Shown here in pieces: positions 12,411-22,620 of a stretch of 45,659 bases of DNA. The number at the start of each line of letters is the position of its first letter. Within the stretch, counting starts at the first letter, position 1. The position numbers were made by a program, and so were the translations under genes. The DNA is taken from the NCBI RefSeq assembly GCF_006345805.1, contig NW_021834803.1, positions 1-45,659 on the forward strand. The letters run 5' to 3'. The notes beneath the pieces are model-generated. The model had not been told where the DNA came from, searched no databases, and was given only the letters and a program-made list of their open reading frames with translations. The DNA comes from Octopus sinensis. Its lineage: Eukaryota.

Positions 12411-12916
12411 CTGTATGTATATGTATATGAATATATGTATGTATATTTGTATGTAAGCTTTATGTATATGTGTGTATGCTTTTTCTTTAGTCTCTCTTTT
12501 CACTTGTTTCAGTCACTGTAGTGTGGCCATTCTGGGGCACCACCTTGATGGATTTAGTTGAATAAATTGATCGCAATATTCATTTTTTTTAGTCTAATAC
12601 TTATTCTATCAGTTTCTTTTGCTGAACTGCTAAGCTATGGAGGTAAAAAGAAGTCAATACAGGTTGCCAAATGGTAGCAAAGGGAGGAGGGGAAAACATA
12701 AACACCTACACACACACACACACACACACAAACACATTTACACCAACCCTATACATACACACGTCCAGACCCCGCATACGCACTTATACTCTCTCTCACA
12801 CACACACACATACCTATACATACCAATACGTACTAATACATACTAATACATACTAATACATACACCAACCCCATACATACGCATGTCCAGACCAATCTTA
12901 CGCACTAATACTCTCT

Positions 12917-12951
<35 letters not shown>

Positions 12952-13044
12952 ATACATACTAATACATACACCAACCCTATACATACACACATCCAGACCC
13001 CTCCCACGCACTTTTAGCTGGTCCCTCAACCCTTTTATCAACCC

Positions 13045-13325
13045 TATTATCTCCCCTTATTTCGCTCTCGCGTCTCATGTTTGATCTTTGACCTCTGGCC
13101 GAAATCAGATCGCCATGTTGATTCGTTAGCTACTGCACGCATTTTTTTTCTCTCCTTCTTTCTGTGTTTTTCTCTCTCTGTGTATCTTTCTGTTGAAGAG
13201 CGTAGGCTCGAAACGTTAAAGACTTGTTTTATTTATATTTCCTGAGCGCCATACTAATACAATTGTTCGTTTGTTTTCCACCTGCCTTCGTCTTTTGTTT
13301 ATTTTCATAAAGCTTCCCGTTATAT
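13045..13325 (+). mobile_element. Penelope-like element terminal repeat (pLTR) relic with degenerate minimal hammerhead
   Basis: TCTTT-CTGTTGA-A-GAG(cgtagg)CTC-GAAACGTT-AAAGA at 13185-13222, with a T-rich tail ending in (TA)n. A decayed sister copy lies at ~16240-16380. Confidence 0.65.
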
Positions 13326-14428
13326 ATATCCACAAATTGATATAAACTGCTAGGCACAACGTAATACCATAAAGGGAAAATTTAATAGTCACTAACTGTG
13401 ACTAAAGGTACCAAAGCACTTATATTGCTAGAAATAAGAGTTAAAATGCTATTAACACAGTAAGCAGAATGCAATATATACTTATACTGACAGGGGAGGT
13501 AACTGCTCCATGACTGTCTCTAGTATCAACCAGACTAAATCTATGTATGTATGTATGTATGTATGTATGTATATATATAACAAACCTTTACATAAATAAA
13601 TAACGTGAAATACATGAAGGGACGAACAAAAAGACAAACGGGTCATTCAAAGCCTTCATTCTTCAGTCAGAAACTGATCCCTCATCGCAGATTTCGGCTG
13701 TTTAATTCTGACGGGTTTCCACACAGTTTCCATTTATCAAATTCACTCAGAAAGCATTGGTTGTCCTGGGGCTATAGAAGATGACACTAAGACACTTGTT
13801 CAAGGTAAGATGCAGTGAGACTGAACCTGGAATCACATAGTGGCAAAGCAAGCTTCTTAACCACACACCCACGCCAGTACTTATACATGCAAAATTTGGA
13901 CAGAAAGTCTTGCAGCAGCATTTGTTCCAGTTCTCTGTGCTCTGAGTTCAAATTCATTTGAAGATATCTCTGGCTTTCAATCTTTTGTGGTGACTAAAAT
14001 AAACTACCAAGCCAAAATAGTGAACTAATAGAATTTCTAGGACATGGGCTACTTTGCAGTATCTGATTCTACTGATGTCAGGGTACACAAAGGCAGTAGA
14101 TGGCATTAGATTGGCAGAATCAAAAGAATGGTAGAAGAAATATTTGTAACATTTTATATTCCAAGTTGAAATTACAGATTCTTATCCCCCAAAGAACTTG
14201 CTGTATTCATTGCAACGGTACTATTAATAATTTGTGTGATGATGCATCTAATTTGAATAAGTATGAGCATTAATTGAAAACAAAAGATTAATTAACCATC
14301 CATATTAAATTCATTGTCTGTGATTGATGGTACTTTTATTGAATTGGTTGAAGCAATAATAATGAAAATAATATACAAAACATTAAAAATAAAATCTTTG
14401 ATGTCTTTAAAATTTAAGGTGTACTTAA

Positions 14429-14895
14429 CCCTTTTGTTACTGTATTTCTATTGAGATGCTCTGTGTTTCTTTCAATTCATTTTAAATATTATAAAGAATT
14501 TAGTAAAATAACTTAATTACCATTAAGCTAGTGTTGGGAACATAAACTGTGATTAAGGTTTGGTGGAAGAGTTTAACTGAGAATTTTTGGAAGTAAGATA
14601 TTTGTACTCAGTCAGAGGTGGTTTCGGCCAGGTTGCTAATGAAAGGGTTAAGAATTCTCTATTATATAATTTAACCCTTTCCTTACCATATTTCAGTTGA
14701 GATGCTCTGTGTTTCTTTCAATTACATTAAATATAACAAAGAATTTAGTAAAATAACTGAGTTATCATTAAACTAGTGTTCAGAACATAAATTGTGACTA
14801 AGGTTTGGAGGAAGATTTTAATTCAAAACTTATGAAAACAAGACATTTGCACCACAGAGCCAGAGGTGGTTTCAGGTGGGTCGGTATCGAAAAGG
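14429..14895. mobile_element. second tandem pair of the ~220-bp piggyBac-like MITE
   Basis: Copy 3 is 14429-14647 (TTAA on both sides) and copy 4 is 14675-14895. Both align to 4229-4686. Confidence 0.8.
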
Positions 14896-15211
14896 TAAAA
14901 GGGGCTGTTATGGTTATATCTATTGTAAGATTTTGATGATCAAAGATTTTGATATTCAATTGTAATCAATGCTAAGGCGAACACAGGGGAGAAATGTAAA
15001 GGAAGGTAACTGAATACTGAAATTGGATACTGACAGCAGGCATGGCTGTCTGGTTACAAGGTCAGCTTTGCTATAGATTTATTGGCAAAATATTTTCGTC
15101 TTTAGACTCAGATTGACCAATACTGACTGAAAAGAAGAAATTGTTCGACAGACACTTCCAGAAATTCCTCATATGTTTGCATGTGTAAAATATGTATGTT
15201 AAGACTGATCT

Positions 15212-15778
15212 CATGCCAGTGGCACCTAAAAAGCACCATTCGAGCCTGACTGACACTCATGCTGGTGGCACATAAAAAGCACTATTTGAGCGTGGTTGGT
15301 GCCAGAGCTGCCCGACTGGTCCCGAGCCAGTGGCATGTAAAAAGCACCATTTGAGCATGGTTGTTGCCAGTGCCATCTGACTGGCTCCCATGCTGGAGGC
15401 ATGTAAAAAGCACCTTTCGAGCATGGTCATTGCCAGTGCCTCCTGACTGGCTCCCATGCTGGAGGCACATAAAAAGCACCATTTGAGCATGGTCATTGCC
15501 AGCGCCGCCTGACTGGCTCCCATACTGGAGGCACATCAAAAGCACCATTCGAGTGTGGTTGTTGCCAGTGCTGCCTGACTTTGTCCTCATGCCAGTGGCA
15601 CATAAAAAAACACCCACTGCATTATTACAGTGGTTGGCATTAGGAAAGGCATCCAGCTGTAGTAACATTGCCAGATCAGATTGGAGCCTGGTGCAGCCAT
15701 CTGGCTTGCCAGTCCTTGGTCAGACTGTCCAACCCATGCCAGCATGGAAAGCAGACATTAAACGATGATGATGATGAT
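15212..15778 (+). mobile_element. RTE 3' UTR with ~6.5 tandem ~65-bp subrepeats and (GAT)n tail
   Basis: Repeated GGCAC(A/G)TAAAAAGCACCATTTGAGCATGG...GCCAGTGCC..CTGACTGGCTC, then the shared terminal module. Confidence 0.85.
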
Positions 15779-16374
15779 TTAGCAGAAATAACAGAGTGAC
15801 TCAAGTTCTAAGAATTTGTGTGTTGGCACTTATCAAACTGGTCACACACAGAAAGTCTGTGAGTTTATAGAATTGTTGATAAATTTTCCTCTGGATTGTT
15901 CTAGAAAGAATCATAATAGTGTCCTGTGGATAATTCTTTGCTCCTACATCTTGATGAGCTCCATCGACAAACTCAAATGCCCGTATGGAAAATTACCATC
16001 TTCCATACTCAAGGAAAATTCAGCTAAATATTGAGAAAAATACACAATATATACATACACTCCTACTTTGAGTGTTATTTTTCCTGTGTGCATCAACATA
16101 AATGTATGTATATGTGTGTGTATATATATATATACACACACACACACACATACTTCTTCCTGTCTTTTTATCATGTGAAACTGTTAATCCTGACACACTA
16201 TGCTCTCTCCCTCCCCCCCCTCTCTCTCTCCAGTTTTTTTCCTCTCATCCTTTTTGTCAAAGAGTGTAGGCTGGAAGCATCAAAGACTTTTCCATTCTTC
16301 CTGCGTATCAAACTAATAGACCTAATTGTTGTTTCCTCACCTCTTTTTGTCTTTTGTTTCCTGTACACTTGAAC

Positions 16375-16411
<37 letters not shown>

Positions 16412-16843
16412 AGAGAGAGAGTAATTATTGAATGATAAGGGAACAGAAATTATGTAATTGACTGCATTGGCTTACAGCTGTTTCAGTTATAAGATTCAGT
16501 GCACTCATGGCTGAGTGCTCATGCATCATCCTATAGCAGAAACAACTGTATGCTAATGATGTTAATCATGTAACATCCGTTCTCTTGTCATCCAATAATT
16601 AATATCATGTTCCATACTTGCATAACACATCACTCTGAAGAATAAGAGTATTGAGATCCAACACCTGGTTATTAATATTCTGATGCTTAAGCAAAATCCG
16701 ATGATGGCCTCCTGCTCAGTCTCCTAATTTCATTCAATAATTTCATCAACTTGTGTAGGTTGTCAACAAAGCTTTCATATACATCTGTCTGTGTGTAAGT
16801 GTATGTATGTGTATATATATATATATAAATAAATATATCCATA

Positions 16844-17003
16844 CGCAAGAGTGGCTGTGTGGTAAGTAGCTTGCTAACCAACCTCATGGTTGTGGGTTCA
16901 GTCCCACTGTATGGCATCTTGGGCAAGTATCTTCTGCTATAGCCCCGGGCCGACCAATGCCTTGTGAGTGGATTTGGTAGACGGAAACTGAAAGAAGCCT
17001 GTC

Positions 17004-17042
<39 letters not shown>

Positions 17043-17250
17043 ATTGTGTGTCTGTGTTTGTCCCCTAGCATTGCTTGACAACTGATGCTGGTGTGTTTAC
17101 GTCCCCGTCACTTAGCGGTTCGGCAAAAGAGACCGATAGAATAAGTACTGGGCTCACAAAGAATAAGTCCCGGGGTCGATTTGCTTGACTAAAGGCGGTG
17201 CTCCAGCATGGCCGCAGTCAAATGACTGAAACAAGTAAAAGAGTAAAGAG
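16844..17250 (+). mobile_element. full-length SINE family A
   Basis: Same head, body and tail as 10817-11204. Confidence 0.92.
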
Positions 17251-17518
17251 TATATGCCTGACCAGCAAGAGGAAGTGGCTGACCTCCCCTGTTCGAAGGT
17301 TATAATGGACACAGGTTTGTGTGTCATCTAGCTAGCTAGAGGCGATGGCCTCTCTGAGCTAATCAATGGCAGCTTTAGTCTATGTTAGTTTGGCAATAAC
17401 TGTTAATATCCAGTACCGCTGCCTTAGTCTCCTTTAGAGAGAATTAGAAACAATAATATTTCTACATACATAAAAATCTGTTTGTATATAGTTCTATATT
17501 TCAGAGATGAGGAATTAC

Positions 17519-17748
17519 GTATATTATTTACATATGATGGATATTTGTCCTCATCTTGTTTGTTGTTAACGCAATTGTTTCGGCTGATATACCCTCCAGC
17601 CGTCATCAGGTGTCTTGGGGAAATTTTGAACCTGGATTCTCATTCCTCAGGTATTTTTCGATGTTATTATTATTATTCAGGTCACTGCCTGGAATTGAAC
17701 TCGGAATCTTGGGGTTTGTAGCCTGTGCTCTTAACCACTATGCCATGC
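17519..17748 (-). mobile_element. tRNA-headed element with a hammerhead-bearing (PLE-like) 3' part
   Basis: A box TGGCATAGTGG (17745-17735), B box GAGTTCAATTCC (17702-17691), then GACAC-CTGATGA-C-GGCTG(10 nt)CAGCC-GAAA (17614-17578). Confidence 0.75.
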
Positions 17749-17805
17749 ATGTATGTAATCATACAGACGTGCATGTATATGTCTGTACATCTTTTCTCAG
17801 TGTAT

Positions 17806-18037
17806 GGCGGCGAGCTGGCAGAAACGGTAGCACGCTGGATGAAATGCGTAGCTGTATTTCGTCTGTCGTTACGTTCTGAGTTCAAATTCCGCCGAGGTCG
17901 ACTTTGCCTTTCATCCTTTCGGGGTCGATAAATTAAATACCAGTTATGCACTGGGGTCGATATAATCGACTTAATACCTATGTCTGTCCTTGTTTGTCCA
18001 CTCTGTGTTTAGCCCCTTGTGGGTAATAAAGAAATAG
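17806..18037 (+). mobile_element. full-length SINE family B
   Basis: Matches 12187-12410 in reverse orientation. Confidence 0.9.
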
Positions 18038-18630
18038 GTATTATCAAGAAGAAAACTAAAAAGCTGGTGTTCTTCTTCAAACTGAGTGTTTACTCTGCAC
18101 TGAGGTACAGACACTTCCTTATGCACTCTCACCATCAAGCATGTAATGTACCAATGATTGGCTCACTAGAAATAAACAACCAATCATAATATGTATAACA
18201 ATTTATTATAATAATGGTAATATAGGATAAATAAGTAATCATAAATTCTATTAACCAATATGAAATATACAATAAACAAATAAATATAGAATGAACTTGT
18301 TTTGGAAAAGCAATAAACATATTGAATTATATTAGAACATTATAGTAATTAATTTAAAACTGTTTATTTTTTTATTATGAAAAATATTGCAAGAATTTTC
18401 TGATATACTGTGTATGTTTTAGATAAAATCTTTCCTGCTCATATTTTGTTGTTATTTTGCGGTTTTAATTAGGCGACAAATTACTGGTTCATTCAAAATA
18501 AAATACATAGTACCTCCCAACATATATCGGGTCCTTGTATATATATATTAAATTATATTACAGTTGGTTTACCAAAATATTGATACGCTTTATTTTTCTT
18601 CTCTCCAACTCATGACTCCTTTGTGTGTAT

Positions 18631-18631
18631 G

Positions 18632-18672
<41 letters not shown>

Positions 18673-18882
18673 GTGGATAGATGGATAGATAGAAAGATGG
18701 ATGGATAGATGGATAGATAGATAGATAGATATCGAGATAGATAGATAGATAGATAGATATCGAGATAGATAGATAGATAGATAGATAGATATCTAGATAT
18801 CTATCTATCTAGAGAGATAGACAGATAGGTGGATAGATAGGTGGATAGATAGATGGATGGATAGATAGATAGATAGATAGAT
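18631..18882. repeat. (GATA)n/(GATG)n satellite tract
   Basis: Direct reading. Confidence 0.95.
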
Positions 18883-19317
18883 AAACAGTGTGAAATCAAT
18901 TTGTAAGATTGGCTGAAATGGATCTGTAATACTGGATACTCTAAGTTTTATACACACATATTTATATATACTGCAGATAGATAGATAGATGGACTGACAG
19001 ACAGACAGACATTTATAACCATATCAACATCTGAATTATTCTGAATGTTTGGAAGCTACTTTTGTTTCACAATGATTCTGAATGAATAAAATATGAAGGC
19101 AACTTACTTCTTGCCATATTCATGGGAAGCTTTTATGAGGCTGTAGTTGCCGATCATGCTGTGCTATTTATCGTGGATACTCTAGTTCAGCCCTGTACTA
19201 AGATGACGGCATGACAGTCTCAAGCCATACAATCATCCAAACTGTAAATAAATTGAGTGAGGGTCTTATAAATATTGTCAAATAAATCAGACAGACTATA
19301 ACAGTTCCAACTCAGCA

Positions 19318-19740
19318 AAAATCAACTTTCCAGGCATAAATCTAGACCTTGAAATAGGCAAATACTACCTCTTCTTAGACACTCCAACCATGCCATCAGC
19401 TGTAATTAGAAACCTAACCACAGGTATCATCAGAAGAATCTCAAGTTTAGTGGCAAATAGAGAGATCCTCAACAAGGTTGCAAACCCCTTATAACAAGGT
19501 CCTAATGAGGAGTGGCTTTACTGATAAATTAGTATATAAGGAGGGTTCTTTAAATCACCCCCAAAATCAAAGGGAGCTAAAAAGAGAAAGGTAATCTAGT
19601 TTAATCTTCCTTTTAATCTAGATCTTTCTGCTCATTGCTCATATAGCTCATAGCTTCTTGGCACTAATTAAATAACTTTTCCAAGAGCCCGTTACTTTCC
19701 TATACTTTTAATTGCCGTAATGTCAAGGTTAGTTATTTAC
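19318..19740 (+). pseudogene. decayed Penelope-like retroelement ORF (RT C-terminus and linker)
   Basis: Across frameshifts it reads INF.GINLDLEIGKYY, SAVIRNLTTGIIRRISSLVANREILNKVA, YNKVLMRSGFTDKLVYKE, VI(W>stop)FNLPFNL, FNCRNVKVSY. These match the PLE pattern NFLD.TLDL..G.Y...HPP.II..LP..I.RRIS.LS...IIWFNPPFS...FN...VK.SYSC. Confidence 0.75.
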
Positions 19741-20502
19741 GCTTTGATAATGACTTCCAATGGTGCTTACTACACTATTGAAAAGCTGCTAAACAGTGGT
19801 TTTGGCTCAAGATAGCAGGTCTTAAAGCCATATAAAAAAGAACACAAAAATATATAAGTAGCAGATCTGGTAAAAATGTTTAAACTATAATTTGCTGATG
19901 AGATTATATAAAACTGGAACATGCCTGAAGTTGTCCCTGTATTACAAAAGATCAGATTCATCCTGCACTGATTTCTATTCTTGGCTTAATTTTAATTTGA
20001 AATTTGAGCTTGTATCGTTGTTAACTTTAGTTAGTAATTAAGATAAATATATATTTTGCTTCACCTCTATAGGTATAATTAAAATCTGTTGGCTCATTGC
20101 ATTAATTATATCAGTGCTTGTTTACTACCAGATATATCAAACTGATGTTTGAACCAATGATGTTTGGCAAATATCATTAGATGTTAAGTGGGTAAAGTAG
20201 TAAACTACTGCTTTCATATGTAGTCATGGCATACAGAGATGAGATATTTCAGCTAGGAAAAGAACAGTGTGGCTCATACCCAGACCAGATGTTCGAGCCA
20301 ATGGCAAATATCACAAGATGTTGAGTGGGTGAAGAGACAACAATCTGTCAATGGTCAGGACCAACTAGTTCAGTTAGTGAACTAGTGCTGTCATTTGTAA
20401 TCATGGTGTGTGCAAATGAGATATTTCAGTTAGTGAAAGACTAATGTGACTAAAACCAAGGTCAGATGTCCATGCTTCATTGCTTGATTGATGCATCTGT
20501 CA

Positions 20503-20800
20503 TGGTCTGGAGATCTGGCATGGTCTGGAGATATAGCTTGGTCTGGAGATATAGCTTGGTCTGGAGATCTGGCATGGTCTGGAGATCTGGCTTGGTCTGG
20601 AGATCTGGCATGGTCTGGAGATCTGGCTTGGTCTGGAGATCTGGCTTGGTCTGGAGATCTGGCTTGGTCTGGAGATCTGGCTTGGTCTGGAAATCTGGCT
20701 TGGTCTGGAGATATAGCTTGGTCTGGAAATATAGCTTGGTCTGGAGATCTGGCATGGTCCGGAGATCTGGTATGGTCTGGACATCTGGCTTGGTCTGGAC
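20503..20800. repeat. 18-bp minisatellite, 16.5 copies
   Basis: Unit TGGTCTGGAGATCTGGC(T/A) with a variant TGGTCTGGAGATATAGCT. The period is exact, with no indels. Confidence 0.95.
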
Positions 20801-22418
20801 AAGTCACCTGCCTGGATTGATTGATAGATTAATGTTTCATAGTACAATATTTGACAGTCCATATTAAGTAGTCAAAATATTGAACTAAATAAAGTAAAAG
20901 GGTGACTGAAGAGATCTGTCTGTTGAAACTAAAATTCCAAAGTGGCAGAAGTTAAATATTTAATTTAAATTCCTCTGAATTCTGAATTATTTCCAAAACA
21001 ATTAAAGTGTAATTAGATTTCTAGAGAAGAACTATGGTCCTGAAAGGGATTCAAGGAAAAGCAGTTACATTGTCATTTAATTTGAGATTGGCACTAACTG
21101 TGTAGACATATGATCAAAGGCACTCCAACCACGGCCATCTCATTTTTAAGGGTTTACATTATACAACGTATTTTTTCTATTCTCAAGGTTATGTCACGTA
21201 AGTTAAGGGAGGTTTGGCTTCTATTTCTAGCAGAGCAAGTAGAATGACCACATAGAGGTATTTTCATTGGCTTTTGCGATTAGATTTATCTCAGTGTAGT
21301 GTGTGGTCAGTGAAATGACCTCCCTCTAGTGAACATATATAATCCATAAAGACACCCCCCCCCACCGGAAATTGAGAAGTTGCCACATCGTCCCCCTCTT
21401 TTCCTTCACACACATCAACTTCAACCGTGAAAGCAAAAGAGAAGCTGAAAGCTGTTTCATAAAAGCTTTGAATGAATTTTATCGCGTAACATGAGCAGTT
21501 GCAATCGTAAATTCATCTCTCTGCTACTTTTGATATTGTTGACCATTACACTCTATTAGATATTCTCCTCACCAATATTAAAAGTAAAATATTCAGCTTT
21601 GAAATGGTTTCGCTTGCTTTCCTGTTCATCAAAAGAGTTGGTCACGAAAAGCCACAATTATCATAACCCGCTAAGGTCTTGGATCTTTTAAAATATTAAA
21701 CTAGATACCTTTGAACGCTTAGTTTCGCCTGTCTGATTTCTGAATTTGTTGCTTTTCCTTTTTTTTGCCAGTCGATAAAATAAATATCAACAATATATAT
21801 ATTGGAACCGGAAGAACAAAACTACATATATTCCTCCCCTTCAAATAATTGGTCTTGTGTGTCTAAGAAGAAATCAATTTTTATTACCTTTAAGGTGTAC
21901 TGCAGTCGGCTGCTGACGGAGTTTGTTTGAGCTTAAAGTTAGAATTCTTTGTAGCGTTTGGTCTGACTCTGCACTCTAAGTTCAAATTCCGTTGAGGTTA
22001 ATTTTGGCTTTCATCCTTTTAGGATCGATAAATAGAGTATCAATGAAACAATGGGATCGATTTTTCCCCCTCTTGCTCTGTCTCTCCCACTCTCTCTTTG
22101 TCTGTCTGTCTTTCTCTCTCCCTCTCTCTCCCTGTCTCTCTCTCTGCCTGTCTCTTTCTCTCTCTCTCTCACACAAACACATATGTCTGGAAAGAAATGC
22201 ACTCCAACAGATCTAAAAATCTACGTAAACTATTTCACAAAAACATATTTACCTTCCTGTGTGCGTTGTTCAGCTGAAAGTATGTTTATTTGTAGTGAGA
22301 GATGCTTAGTTTTGGAGCATTTTAACTCCTCTTTCAAGCAAACGGGTGCATATTGTACCTTGACTTTTTATTATATATATAAGTATAGGAAAGAATGGAG
22401 CTGAACGAAGATTTAACA

Positions 22419-22529
22419 AAATTCCTTTATTTTATTTTCGACATATGTTTCGAAGCCTGCAAAATCCCTAATTCCGAATGAATAAGGAGTCCATTATGCA
22501 GCTTTCTCTTCAGGAAAATCCAGGAACTT
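22419..22529 (-). ncRNA. type I hammerhead ribozyme (mirror copy), predicted cleavage between 22440 and 22439
   Basis: Reverse complement of 22621-22731, with one change in stem II. Confidence 0.82.
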
Positions 22530-22620
22530 CTTTGGCCAGCAAAATGCACAACAAGTTTTTAGATGACTGCTCACGAGGAGCCCATAGCGATAATGGTGTT
22601 GTGCATTTTGCTGGCCAAAG

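Noticed and set aside
13590-13715. Possible fifth hammerhead on minus (GCGATGA...TCAG-TTT-CTGA...GAAG)
   Set aside because: The core is too degenerate and there is no adjacent stem I. Only the tail resembles the pLTR relics.
15212-15620. CRISPR-like repeat/spacer array
   Set aside because: The whole ~65-bp unit is repeated, so there are no unique spacers. It sits in a LINE 3' UTR, the DNA is eukaryotic and no cas genes are present.
15910-16030. Protein-like frames (CPVDNSLLLHLDELHRQ... on plus; AEFSLSMEDG... on minus)
   Set aside because: Both strands are equally plausible, no family is recognised and there is no consistent splice chain.
16844-16915. tRNA genes at SINE heads
   Set aside because: A and B boxes are present, but there is no complete cloverleaf and the sequence runs on into SINE bodies.
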